The translations under genes and the position numbers were made by a program. A stretch of DNA of 64,000 nucleotides. It comes from a bacterium. Lineage in GTDB: Bacteria; UBA8248. The stretch lies in contig OZ244799.1 in the NCBI GenBank assembly GCA_965219955.1, positions 2,624,001-2,688,000 of the forward strand. The letters run 5' to 3'. The notes under the pieces were generated by a model. That model made no database searches. It had not been told where the DNA came from and worked only from the letters and a program-made list of their open reading frames with translations. Below are positions 48,845 to 58,916 of the stretch, piece by piece. The stretch's first letter is position 1. Each line of letters opens with the position of its first letter.

Positions 48845-49963
48845 TTACGCCGCGGTTCGCTCGCGCTCTATCAGTTCCTTGATTCGGGGGATGAGGTCGC
48901 GCGCGGCGCGGTGGCATTCCTCCACGTGGGGGTAGCCCGAGAGGATGAACTCGTCGATGCCCAGCCGCCAGTAGCCGAGAAGCTCTTCTGCGATTTGCCC
49001 GGGCGTTCCCACGAGCGCCGAGCCGCAGTTCACCCGCACCTGGGAGATGCCGTTCCAAAGATGCGGCCCGACCCGGAAATCCTCGAACGCGCGCGCCTGC
49101 GCGGCGGCGCCCACCATGGCCGTTCCGGCCACCAGCGCGCCGCGCTGCGCTTTTACGGAATCATCCGCGCGGCTGAGCAGTTCATGCGTCTCCTCCCACG
49201 CTTCCTCCTCGGTGTCGCGCATCACCAGATGGGAGCGCACGCCGAAGACGGGCGTTCGCCCCGCCTCGGCGAAAGAGGCCCGCGCGCGCTCCAGGTGTTT
49301 TCTGGTCTCCTCCACCGGCCCTATCCAGCCGAGATAGACGTCCGACTGGGTGCCCGCGAGCTTGAGCGCGGCGGGGGATGCGCCGCCTAAATAGAATTTG
49401 GGCGCCTCTCCCGCCGGGCCGGGCGAGCAGTGCACGTCGCTCAGCTTCACGAATTTCCCGTCGAAGCTGACGGGTTCGGGCCGCTCCCATAGCTTTCGGA
49501 TGGCGGCGATGAACTCTTCCGCCCGCTCGTAGCGCGTATCGTGGTCGATCCGCTCGCCCATTTTTTCGAACTCGCCCTTGATGCCGCCGGGCACGACGTT
49601 CAAGTCCACGCGCCCGCCCGTTATCTGGCTGAGCGTGGCCGCCATCTGCGCGAAAAGGCCCGGGTTCACGAAGCCGGGGCGCACGGCGATGAGGAAGCGT
49701 ATCTTCTCGCTTCGCGCCGCGAGGGCCGTCACCATCGTCCAGGTCTCCGCCAGCGGCGCCCCCTGGTCGAAAAGCCCGTTGGCGAAGCGCGTGGGGATGA
49801 GCATGGAGTAGAAACCGTTCTCCTCCGCCGCCTTCACCACTTGGCTCAGGTATTCATACGTGGGCGGACGCTCGGCCTGCAGCGTGCCGATGTGCTCGCC
49901 GTCGCCGTCTATCGGGATGAACCAGTCGAAGCGAGGCGCCGGGCGTTCGTGATTGTTGGCCAT
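48845..49963 (-). CDS. LLM flavin-dependent monooxygenase (SsuD-like)
   Basis: WFIP..GDG, FLIAVRPG, YLGGAS, ALVG.P, FILSGYPH.EE. Confidence 0.9.
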   Translation of the reverse strand: MANNHERPAPRFDWFIPIDGDGEHIGTLQAERPPTYEYLSQVVKAAEENGFYSMLIPTRFANGLFDQGAPLAETWTMVTALAARSEKIRFLIAVRPGFVNPGLFAQMAATLSQITGGRVDLNVVPGGIKGEFEKMGERIDHDTRYERAEEFIAAIRKLWERPEPVSFDGKFVKLSDVHCSPGPAGEAPKFYLGGASPAALKLAGTQSDVYLGWIGPVEETRKHLERARASFAEAGRTPVFGVRSHLVMRDTEEEAWEETHELLSRADDSVKAQRGALVAGTAMVGAAAQARAFEDFRVGPHLWNGISQVRVNCGSALVGTPGQIAEELLGYWRLGIDEFILSGYPHVEECHRAARDLIPRIKELIERERTAA

Positions 49964-50321
49964 GCGGAATACTCCCCTGCGTTTTCAGTGTTTAGTTCCG
50001 GCGATTCTATTACAGAAGCAGGGGGCTTGAAAGGCGGGGGCGCTCCGCGATTCCAGTCGCTTCCGGACCCGCAATTACTTCACACAGCAGGGGCGGTTCG
50101 CGAACTGTGTGACAGCCCCGAGGAGGGGCTGTCACTACGGCGAATGCTGTTTTGTTCGTCATTCCGAGCGAGGAGGCTTTTTCAACAGCCCCTGCCAAAG
50201 GGGGATACCCACAAAGAATGGAGAACGAGGAACAGGCTGCTTTTGACTTCCCGGTCCAAAATCGCTAGGCTCTGTGTGGAGGACCCGTACGCTTTCTCAC
50301 TCACCGGAGGCGGGCGGAACC

Positions 50322-50936
50322 ATGCAAAAACTCTTCGATCATTTCAAAACCAACGCCGGCGTATGGACGTTCGGGCTGTTCATGGCCGCGATAGCGGGCG
50401 GCATCTATCAATTCACGGTATTCATGGTCAGCGCCCAGGTCACGCCCGTCAGCGAGCGCGTCGCCGCGGAAGTCAAGAGGCTCGACGCGGCGGACGGGAA
50501 CACGAACGGCAACTTCGCCCGCTTCGAGAAGCAGATGAACGAGCATTTCGGCCAATTGCGTGAAGCTATCGGGCAGAACAGAGAAAGAATAGACCTGCTG
50601 AATGAGCAAATCGACACGAAAACAAGTCAGTTGAACCAGACGGTCGACACGAAAATTACCCGGTTGAGCCAGAAGATCGACACGAAAATAAGCCAGTTGA
50701 ACCAGAAGTTCGATAGCAAGATAACGATGCTGGATCGGAAACTAGATAAGAAAATAGAAGTACTGGACCAGAAAATCGAGAAGAAATTCGGCCAGTTGGA
50801 TCAGAAAATCAGCCGTCTGGACGAGAAGATGGACAAGAAATTCGACCTTATGGATGCGAAAATCGACAAGAAATTCGACCTTATGGACGAGAAGTTCAAC
50901 CTCATCCTGCTGAGGCTACCGCCGCTTAAAAAATAG
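50322..50936 (+). CDS. Membrane-anchored coiled-coil protein with 11-residue KID-like repeats
   Basis: N-terminal hydrophobic helix; repeats L.QKIDTKIS.; RBS GGAGG. Confidence 0.8.
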   Translation: MQKLFDHFKTNAGVWTFGLFMAAIAGGIYQFTVFMVSAQVTPVSERVAAEVKRLDAADGNTNGNFARFEKQMNEHFGQLREAIGQNRERIDLLNEQIDTKTSQLNQTVDTKITRLSQKIDTKISQLNQKFDSKITMLDRKLDKKIEVLDQKIEKKFGQLDQKISRLDEKMDKKFDLMDAKIDKKFDLMDEKFNLILLRLPPLKK

Positions 50937-50989
50937 TTTTCAGATATCGGTCTATGAGCGCTCACGCTCGAATACCCGCCGCATAACCC

Positions 50990-51601
50990 TCAGGCCAGCG
51001 TTTCGCCGAGAGCCGCCAGTTCATCGAGCGCATCCCTGGCGAAGGAACTCTGGAAGACGGCCTCTGCGGAAGCCCCCGGATAGACGGCGCACAGCGCGCC
51101 CTCCTCGCAGAGCAGGATGGTGGTGAGAGGACGCAGGACCATCGCGCCTACGGTTTCGTGCACGTCGGGCCGGTTGCTCCACCGGCGGAACGAGGCTTCG
51201 CAGTCTGCCGCAAGTGCGAGTTCCGAGTCCCAGAGCGGATCGCCCGAATAGAAGTTCTGAAGATTCGGGCCGGCGATTTCATTCTCAAGATATGCGCGCT
51301 CGGGCGGCTGGAGGCTTTCCGTTTTCTTGTGGATTCTGAACGAATGAGAAGCCGCGCAGGCGACGCCGATCCGCATCGCGGCGGGGTTGCCGCGGGTTTG
51401 CGCGCGATACTCGAACCTCACGCTTTTGCCCGAATACCGGCCCGTCAACCGCCCGCCTTCGAGACGGGCCGTGCCCGCATCCAGAATTTCTGCCAGCGGC
51501 TTCATGCGGCGAGTCAGCCGCACGTCGCGAAAGAAGACGTAATAGACGACCGCGCCGAGAACCACCGCCAGGGCGAGGAGGCTCGGCCCGTCGATCAGCA
51601 T
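50990..51601 (-). CDS. Hypothetical membrane-anchored protein
   Basis: N-terminal TM LLALAVVLGAVVYYVFF; coupled to upstream VOC gene. Confidence 0.65.
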   Translation of the reverse strand: MLIDGPSLLALAVVLGAVVYYVFFRDVRLTRRMKPLAEILDAGTARLEGGRLTGRYSGKSVRFEYRAQTRGNPAAMRIGVACAASHSFRIHKKTESLQPPERAYLENEIAGPNLQNFYSGDPLWDSELALAADCEASFRRWSNRPDVHETVGAMVLRPLTTILLCEEGALCAVYPGASAEAVFQSSFARDALDELAALGETLA

Positions 51602-52101
51602 TCATCCTCCCGCGCATCCCGCCAGGCGGGCCGGCTACCGGGGAACATGTCCGAATCGTGAAACACCTCGATGCGGTTGCCGTCGGGGTCCAGAAAGTAG
51701 ATGCCCTCGTGCCCGCCCCAGAGGCCGTTGCTCGCATCGAGCCGCAAGGGGCCCCATACGACCTCGATGTCGGGGCGCGAGCGGATGTAGGCCACCGCGT
51801 CGTCGAACGCCCCTTGATCCGCCACCTCGAACGCCAGGTGGTGCAGGCCTACGTCGCGGCGCGGCACGGTGTCCTCTCCCTCCTCATCCACCCAGTCCTC
51901 GGGCACGCTGAAAATCGCCAGTTGGTGGTGGTAGTCGTCCAGGTACAGGAACGCCGAGCCGAACGGAGCCGCCGGGTGGCTGCCCGCCTCGTGGCGCGAG
52001 CGCAGCTTGAAGCCCAGGACTTCGGAGTAGAATTTGATGGCGCGGTCCAGATCGCGCACCTTTATCCCTAAGTGCTGCAGGCGGATGGAGCGAATCATCA
52101 A
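51595..52101 (-). CDS. VOC family (glyoxalase/extradiol dioxygenase-like) protein
   Basis: HLGIKVRDL, GLHHLAFEV, YFLDPDGNRIE. Confidence 0.9.
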   Translation of the reverse strand: MMIRSIRLQHLGIKVRDLDRAIKFYSEVLGFKLRSRHEAGSHPAAPFGSAFLYLDDYHHQLAIFSVPEDWVDEEGEDTVPRRDVGLHHLAFEVADQGAFDDAVAYIRSRPDIEVVWGPLRLDASNGLWGGHEGIYFLDPDGNRIEVFHDSDMFPGSRPAWRDAREDEC

Positions 52102-52340
52102 AGGCCTCCCGGGATTTTAATCACGAATGGGGACGCGACCCATTCATCCTGATTTGCGGCGGCGCTGCTTCATGGGGCGAGAATACGCCGTTCGCCCCTG
52201 AAAGTCATGGCGTCCGGCGCCGGAGCGGTTCAACCCCGCCATCGACTTGACGGAGCATGACGAGGCGGGATAAGGCTCGGGAACATCAACGCTCCGGCCT
52301 CACCCTCTTACCGAACTCAAGCCGTGAGGAGATACGACCC

Positions 52341-53363
52341 ATGCAGATAGGCCTCCGTATCGGACCCCAGAACGAATTCACGCCGATCCCGGAATATCTG
52401 AAATTCGTGCAGCGCGCGGAAGCGCTCGGCTTCGACCCGCTGCTGTTCTCCGACACGGTTTCCCTGTCGCACTTCCACCTGCGCGATCCCTTCGTCGTCA
52501 TGGCGCTTGCCGCCGGGGCGACCGGGCGCGCCGGGATTGGAACCGGCGTGACCGTCCCCTTCATCCGGCACCCGGCGGTCGTCGCCAACGCGTTCGGGTC
52601 GATCGATGACGCGATCGCCCCGCGGCGCACGTTCCTCGGGATCGGCTCCGGCGATACGGCGGTATACCTGCTCGGCAAGCGCGCCGCCCGTCTGGCGGAA
52701 ATGCGGGAATACCTCTCCGCAATCCGGGGGTTGCTGGACGGCGAGCCCGTAACCTACGAGGGTGCGCGTATGCGGTCCAACTGGCGGAAGCCGCACGTGC
52801 CGATTTGTCTCGCTGCCGACGGGCCGAAGATGCTGGCCGTCGCCGGAGAACTGGCCGATGCGGTCATCCTCGGAGCGGGCGCGACGCCCGAGGTCATCGA
52901 GTGGGCGCGGGGCTGCATCGCGGAGGGTGAGGCGCGCGCCGGCCGCGAACCCGGCCACGCGCCGATCTGGTTCGATTTCATCGTCAGCGTCGGCGAAGAC
53001 CGCGACGCGGTTCGCCGGGCGATTCGGTCGCGCCTGTGCAACCGGGCCAATCATAACTTTCGCATGGGCTTCCATGCGGTGCCGGAAGAGCACCTTCCCG
53101 ACGTGCAGGCATTTCGCGAGAATTATGACGAGAGCGATGTAGGCCACAAGACGAAAAACGCAAGCCTCATCACCGATTACATGGTGGACCGCTTCGCCGT
53201 CGTCGGCACGCCGAACGACGTCGTCGCCCGCTTCGAGACGCTGCACGAGATGGGGGTGGAGAAGGTCGTCGTCGCCATGCCTTTCCGGCTCGAAGAACGC
53301 TACGAAATTATCGAGACCCTGGCCCGTGAAGTCATGCCCCGCTTCGCGGAAACAGGCGCATAA
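52341..53363 (+). CDS. LLM class oxidoreductase (Mer/F420-dependent-like)
   Basis: AEALGFD, IGTGVT.P..RHP, LGIGSGD, AADGPKML..AGELADAV; RBS AGGAG before 52341. Confidence 0.88.
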   Translation: MQIGLRIGPQNEFTPIPEYLKFVQRAEALGFDPLLFSDTVSLSHFHLRDPFVVMALAAGATGRAGIGTGVTVPFIRHPAVVANAFGSIDDAIAPRRTFLGIGSGDTAVYLLGKRAARLAEMREYLSAIRGLLDGEPVTYEGARMRSNWRKPHVPICLAADGPKMLAVAGELADAVILGAGATPEVIEWARGCIAEGEARAGREPGHAPIWFDFIVSVGEDRDAVRRAIRSRLCNRANHNFRMGFHAVPEEHLPDVQAFRENYDESDVGHKTKNASLITDYMVDRFAVVGTPNDVVARFETLHEMGVEKVVVAMPFRLEERYEIIETLAREVMPRFAETGA

Positions 53364-53415
53364 GCAGCGCACGACAAAAAAGCGGGCCGGCGTCATCACC
53401 CGGGCGGGCTTCTCG

Positions 53416-53950
53416 GAGGTTGTTGAAAAAGTCCTCCTCGCCCGGAATGGACCACTGCCGACGCGGCTACGGGCTTCTCCCTTGTACTCATTGCCAATCG
53501 ACGAGAGAGAAGAAAATCACTCCCCTCAAGGAGTTGTTGAAAAACCCCTTTCCGACCTTCGAGATTGTTCGCCGTAGGGACAGGCCTCCGTGCCTGTCCT
53601 CACGAAGGACAACCACGAAAGGCAGGACAGGCGCAGGGGCCTGTCCGCTACAGAACCACCGCGCCAGTCCGTAATCACTCCCCCCTTGAGGGGGAGTCGA
53701 AGAGGCCGAGCGTTTTTTGCGAAGGCCGATTCGGTGGGGGGTGAAACGCGTTTTATCGCCACCCGAATTATCCCCCCCACCGAGTCAGCCTTCACCTGTC
53801 GGTTCGGCTTCCTCGTCTGGCTTTCCCCTCGGGAAGCCAGACCCTCAAGGGGGGAGTGATTCCTTTCTTCTCGGTTGCCGATGACTCTCAAGGGGAGAGT
53901 GGTCCCCCTCTCCTCGGACTTCCTCAACAGCCCCCTCAAGGGAGGTGGTA
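53416..53950. repeat. Nested MITE-like/REP cluster
   Basis: Shell 53530-53934 flanked by CTCAA duplication; internal GTAGGGACAGGC and CTCCCCCTTGAGGGGGAG units. Confidence 0.8.
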
Positions 53951-54098
53951 TTCCAGTCAAGCCGGGCGGTCCCCTCATGGCCGATCCCCCGCCGCTCTTG
54001 CCGAGACAGCCCAAGTGGAGTATTTCATGGAGGCACGAGCACCCATATCGGTCGATTCCGCAATTTCAGTTGTTTTTCCTCGAATGGAGGTCTTCGCC

Positions 54099-54884
54099 TT
54101 GCCCATCATCACGAACGAGACGAAAAGAAAATCCTACGCCGGTGAGGTCACCCTGGGCGCGGGCGTACGCATGGCGCGAACGGTGGAGGTCGGCCTCGCC
54201 ATGAAGGCAGCCGGCTTCGACTGGCTCTTCATCGATCTCGAGCACGGACCCTTCGACCTGGAAACCGCGCAGCAGATATCCATCGCCGCCCTGACGCAAG
54301 GGATCACGCCGCTGGTGCGCGTGGCGTCGCTCGACGGACACCTGAGCACGCGGATTCTGGACTCCGGCGCGCAGGGCATCGTCCTACCGCACGTGAACAA
54401 CGCGCAGGAGGCCGCCGAGTTCGTGAAAATCTGCAAATTCCCGCCCGAGGGCGGACGCAGCGCGGGCGGAGGGCTGGCCCACGGCCGCTTCGAGGCCATC
54501 GACGCAGCCGGGATGCTGAGCGGCATCAACGACGAGACGCTGCTCGTCGCCATGATCGAGACGCCCGAAGCCGGCGATGAGGCGGACGCCATCGCCGCCG
54601 TGGACGGGATCGACGTGCTGCTCATCGGCACGAACGATTTGAGCACGGGCATGGGCATCGTCGGCCAGCACGACCACCCCCGGGTCAACAAGGTATATGA
54701 CCAGGTGAACGCCGCGTGTCAGAAGCACGGCAAGATAGCGGGCATGGGCGGATCCTATGATCCCGAGATGATCGAGCGCAGAATCAAGGAGGGGATGCGC
54801 TTCATCCTGTCGGGCAGCGACTTGAACTTCATGATCGCAGGCGCCAGGGCCCAGGCGGGCATGATTCGCGAACTCGCGGGCTGA
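54099..54884 (+). CDS. HpcH/HpaI aldolase family protein
   Basis: GFDWLFIDLEHG, LDSGAQGI, KFPPEGGR, MIET, IGTNDL; TTG start after GGAGG. Confidence 0.92.
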   Translation: MPIITNETKRKSYAGEVTLGAGVRMARTVEVGLAMKAAGFDWLFIDLEHGPFDLETAQQISIAALTQGITPLVRVASLDGHLSTRILDSGAQGIVLPHVNNAQEAAEFVKICKFPPEGGRSAGGGLAHGRFEAIDAAGMLSGINDETLLVAMIETPEAGDEADAIAAVDGIDVLLIGTNDLSTGMGIVGQHDHPRVNKVYDQVNAACQKHGKIAGMGGSYDPEMIERRIKEGMRFILSGSDLNFMIAGARAQAGMIRELAG

Positions 54885-54929
54885 AATTCCAATTTCCATT
54901 CGCAATTTTCATGATAACGGAGAGAGAAA

Positions 54930-55772
54930 ATGAAACTGCTTACCTATGAATCGGATACGGGGCCGCGCGTCGCCGTCTTGACGGAAAACGGCGTGGAGGA
55001 CGTCGTCCCCCGGACGGGCGACGCGGCGGAAGTCATCGCCCGGGGCGGAACGCCCGAGACCAGCGGCGAGCCGGTGGCGTTCGAATCCATCAAGATGCTC
55101 GCGCCGGTGGCGAAACTCGCGCGGCCCGTCATCGCCGTGGGCCTCAACTACAAGAAACACGCCGATGAGGGCGCGCGCAAATACGGACGCCCGGTGGGCG
55201 TCTACCCCGAGATTCCGGTGTTCTTCTGCAAGTGGCCGGGTTCGCACAACAGGCCGGACGGGGAGATCATCCTCCACTCCAACGTGAACGAGTTGGATTA
55301 TGAGTGCGAACTCGTCATCGTGATCGGCAAGGAGGGGATCAACATCCCGGTGGAAGACGCCATGGACCACGTATACGGCTACACCATCATGAACGAGGTC
55401 TCGGCCCGCGACGTGCAGCGCGCCCACGGCCAGTGGTTCAAGGGCAAGGCGCTCGACAGCTTCGGCCCGCTGGGGCCGTGGATCGTCACCAGGGACGAGG
55501 CGGGCGACGGGAACAACCTGGCCGTGACCACGCGCGTGAACGGGCAGACGCGGCAAAGCTCGAACACGAACGACATGATCTTCGATATCGCCACCGTCGT
55601 CTCGGTGCTTTCGGAGAGCTTCACGCTCGTGCCCGGCGACATGATCGCCACCGGAACGCCCGAGGGCGTGGGCTTCGCTATGGATCCGCCGGGGCTCCTC
55701 AGCGTGGGCGACGTGGTGGAGTGCGAGATCGAAAACATCGGCGTGCTCAGAAGCACCGTCACCGCGCCGTAG
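54930..55772 (+). CDS. Fumarylacetoacetate hydrolase family protein
   Basis: VGLNY..H, DYECEL, NEVSARD, GK..DSF.PLGP, PGD.IATGTPEGVG. Confidence 0.94.
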   Translation: MKLLTYESDTGPRVAVLTENGVEDVVPRTGDAAEVIARGGTPETSGEPVAFESIKMLAPVAKLARPVIAVGLNYKKHADEGARKYGRPVGVYPEIPVFFCKWPGSHNRPDGEIILHSNVNELDYECELVIVIGKEGINIPVEDAMDHVYGYTIMNEVSARDVQRAHGQWFKGKALDSFGPLGPWIVTRDEAGDGNNLAVTTRVNGQTRQSSNTNDMIFDIATVVSVLSESFTLVPGDMIATGTPEGVGFAMDPPGLLSVGDVVECEIENIGVLRSTVTAP

Positions 55773-55901
55773 GGGGGTTGGTTTTCCAGTCAAGCGGGGC
55801 GTTCCCTTTCGCCGGAACGACGAGCAAAACCGCGTTCATCCGTAGGGGAAACCCATTCCCTGCTTCCGGGGGCTTTTTCAACAACCACTCCCCCCCTTGA
55901 G

Positions 55902-56305
55902 AGGCCTGTTGAAAAAGCCCCTCGATGCAGGAAAACCACCGTCATTCCGGCGAAAGCCGGAATCCATTTTCGCCTTTCGTCTTTGATCGTTATTCCGGCG
56001 TCAGCCCCGCTCGGGGCGGGAGAGAATGCGAGGTTCGGAGCCGATGAGGGCGGATACGTTCAGGCGTTTGATTGCGGCTTTGTCCGAGCATGAATCAATG
56101 CGAAAAGCAAAAGTCAAAATGGATTCCGGCTTTCGCCGGAATGACGAACAAAACCACGCCGCCTCACCCTGAGTAGCCGCCGAAGGCGGCGTATCGAAGG
56201 GCGCTCCCCTTCGAGAATCTCAGGCCCGGCTTCCGGCTCTCCCTCGTCCCTCGATACGGCGCGCAAGCGCGCCTACTCGGGATGAGGGGGTTTTTCAACA
56301 GTCCT
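55902..56305. mobile_element. MITE-like element inserted in a REP hairpin loop
   Basis: TIR AGG(C/A)CTGTTGAAAAA(G/C)CCCCTC; TGAG duplicated (55898-55901, 56306-56309); empty site is the CACTCCCCC-TTGA-GGGGGAGTG hairpin. Confidence 0.78.
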
Positions 56306-56384
56306 TGAGGGGGAGTGAATCCACTCTACTGAATTGGGAAAGACCTCAAGGGGGGCGTAATTTTCCTCTCTCGCCGATCGAACC

Positions 56385-56885
56385 TTACGTCAGCGTCAGC
56401 TTGAGGTAGGGCACGAGGCCGCCCGCCTTCACCATGTCCATGATGTGATCGGGGAGGGGCTCGGCCTGGAGCGTCTCGCCCTTGGTGAGGTTCTCGACCC
56501 TTCCCGCGATGGGATCGACGCGGACGCGGTCGCCCTGCTCAATCGATTCCGCGTCGGCGCAGATGAGCACGGGCAATCCGATACACAGCGAGTTCCTGAA
56601 AAAATTCCTGGCGAACGTCCGCGCGATGACGGCGCCCACGCCCGCGTGCTTGATGCCGCGCGGGGCCGTCTCCCGGCTCGAGCCGCAGCCGAAGTTCCGC
56701 CCGCCGATGATGACGTCGCCCGACTGCACGTTTTTCGGGAAATCGGGGTCGATGCCCTCCATGGCGTGCGCGGCCAGTTCCTCATCGGGCAGGCTCGCGT
56801 ATTTGGACGGCATGATGTAGCCCGTATCCACGTTGTCGCCGAACACCCAGGCGCCGCCCTCGATGGTTTGCGTTTCGCTGCTCAT
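56385..56885 (-). CDS. leuD: 3-isopropylmalate dehydratase/homoaconitase small subunit-like
   Basis: FGDNVDT, NFGCGSSRE, FAR.FFRN; start ATG 56885. Confidence 0.85.
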   Translation of the reverse strand: MSSETQTIEGGAWVFGDNVDTGYIMPSKYASLPDEELAAHAMEGIDPDFPKNVQSGDVIIGGRNFGCGSSRETAPRGIKHAGVGAVIARTFARNFFRNSLCIGLPVLICADAESIEQGDRVRVDPIAGRVENLTKGETLQAEPLPDHIMDMVKAGGLVPYLKLTLT

Positions 56886-58147
56886 GAGATGAACTCCCTC
56901 GGGTCGGCCACGCGGCCCTTGACGGCGCTCGCCGCCACGGTGGCGGCCGAAGCCAGGTATATCGACGCCTCCGCGCTGCCCATGCGTCCCTTGTAGTTGC
57001 GGTTGGCCGAGGAGATGCACACCTCCCCGGCTCCGAGTTGTCCCGGCCCCCGGCCCGCGCATACCCCGCAGGTGGTGGGCAGGAGCACGCCGCCCGCGTC
57101 GATGATCGCGCCGAGCGTCCCGTCGTCCATGGCCTTGCGCATGATGTCCTTGCTGGCGGGCGCGATGAGAAGCTGCATCCCGTGGGCGACCCGCCTGCCC
57201 TTCAAGACCGCCGCCGCCGCCCGCAGGTCGAGGAGCTTCGCCCCCGTGCACGAGCCGATGTGCGCGCGATGGAGCGGCGGCGAGTCCACCTCCTCGACCG
57301 GCGATACGTTGTCCATCCTGTGGGGACACGCCACCTGGGGCGACATATCCGACACGTCGTATTCATACGATGCGGCGTAGGCGGCGTCCGCGTCGGAGGA
57401 AAAGGCCTCCCAGCCTTCCTCCACCCCTGCGTTCGCCAGATACGCCGCCGTCGCCTCGTCCACGTCCATGATGGCGCTCTTGGCGCTGAACTCCGCCGCC
57501 ATGTTCGAGAGCGTCATGCGGTCCTCGACGGGAAGCTGCATGAGCGGCTCGCCCGAGAATTCGAGCACCTTGTACTCCGCCCCGTCGACCTTGAGGTCCT
57601 TGAGCGCGCGCAGCACCATGTCCTTGCCGTACACGCCTTCGGGAACCCGGCCCGTGTAGTGGACCCGTATCGTCTCGGGCACGCGGAGCCATACCTCCCC
57701 CTTGGCAAGCACGCCGATGCTCTCCGTCGGGCCTATCGCCACGCCCAGCGCGCCGAGCGCGCCCGTGTTGGTGGTGTGGCTGTCGGTGCCCGTGACGAGC
57801 GCGCCCGGGCGCACGAAGCCCTTCTCCGCCATCAGGATGTGGCAGATGCCCTCCGCGTCGTAGAAATGGGAGAGTTCCTGCTCGGACGCCCAGGCTCTCG
57901 TGACGTTCAGCACCTTCGACTGCGAGTCGCCGGTGGGCGGGTTGTGGTGGTCGGCCGTGAGCATGAAGCGATCCTTGTTCCAGATGGGAAGTCCGAGTTC
58001 GGCGAAGTCCTTCCCCATGCGGAACGGCCCCTGGTTGTCGTGCATGACGTGGGCGTCGACCTTGGCCCATACGATGTCACCCACGTCCACGCGCTCGCGC
58101 CCGCTGGCGCGGGCCAGGATTTTCTGTGTAGCGGTATCCCCGGACAA
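56882..58147 (-). CDS. leuC: 3-isopropylmalate dehydratase/homoaconitase large subunit-like
   Basis: DH, GICH, DSHT, IGSCT, C..C, NRNYKGRMG; true substrate not determinable. Confidence 0.85.
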   Translation of the reverse strand: MSGDTATQKILARASGRERVDVGDIVWAKVDAHVMHDNQGPFRMGKDFAELGLPIWNKDRFMLTADHHNPPTGDSQSKVLNVTRAWASEQELSHFYDAEGICHILMAEKGFVRPGALVTGTDSHTTNTGALGALGVAIGPTESIGVLAKGEVWLRVPETIRVHYTGRVPEGVYGKDMVLRALKDLKVDGAEYKVLEFSGEPLMQLPVEDRMTLSNMAAEFSAKSAIMDVDEATAAYLANAGVEEGWEAFSSDADAAYAASYEYDVSDMSPQVACPHRMDNVSPVEEVDSPPLHRAHIGSCTGAKLLDLRAAAAVLKGRRVAHGMQLLIAPASKDIMRKAMDDGTLGAIIDAGGVLLPTTCGVCAGRGPGQLGAGEVCISSANRNYKGRMGSAEASIYLASAATVAASAVKGRVADPREFIS

Positions 58148-58251
58148 AGAGGCTCTCCTTCAGATGAGGGGATGCGAAAACGCGACAGTCTTGTATACTC
58201 GCCTTGTCGCACACTATCGGACGCGAAGCAAGACTCGGGCGCGAGGACGAA

Positions 58252-58857
58252 ATGGCCGAAGACAAGCAAATCGACCGCAAGGCGTTCTTCAAGGAGGGCC
58301 CCCTCTCCTTCATGCGCGCCTTCATGCAGGGGGTGCACCAGGGGGAAACGAGAATCCAGCCCTCGAACCTGGAAGGCCCCGTTCTGCGCCCGCCGGGCGC
58401 GGCGGCGGAAGCCGATTTCCTGGACCTCTGCACGGGCAGTGCGCAATGCGCGCTCGCGTGCCCTGCAGACGCCATCCTCATGCTGCCCCGCGAGGACGGC
58501 TCGGGCTTGGAAGCCCCCCGCATCATCCCCGTGGACGGGGCCTGCGTGGTGTGCGACGACCTCTCCTGCATGAAGGTCTGCCCCACGGGCGCACTCACCC
58601 TCGTGCCGCGCGAGGAGATTCGGGTGGGCCTCGCGGAAGTGAACCACGAGACCTGCTACGCCTGGAACGGGACGGACGAGGAATGCAACTTCTGCGTGAC
58701 GCGCTGCCCCATCGGGGAGAGCGCGATACGGGTCGAGGAGCGAGAGGACGGAAAAGGCCCCGTCATCGGCGAGACCTGCGTGGGCTGCGGCACCTGCGAG
58801 CAGCACTGCCCCGAATACCCGGGCGCGGTGCGCGTGTTCCCCATCCAAACTTCCTGA
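58252..58857 (+). CDS. Multi-[4Fe-4S] ferredoxin (NapG/MauM-like)
   Basis: LRPPGA, four Cys clusters ending in CP. Confidence 0.85.
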   Translation: MAEDKQIDRKAFFKEGPLSFMRAFMQGVHQGETRIQPSNLEGPVLRPPGAAAEADFLDLCTGSAQCALACPADAILMLPREDGSGLEAPRIIPVDGACVVCDDLSCMKVCPTGALTLVPREEIRVGLAEVNHETCYAWNGTDEECNFCVTRCPIGESAIRVEEREDGKGPVIGETCVGCGTCEQHCPEYPGAVRVFPIQTS

Positions 58858-58916
58858 AACGGAAACGCCCGAAAAACGCCCGTGCCCTGCCCCGGACGGG
58901 GAACCCGGCTCAAGCG

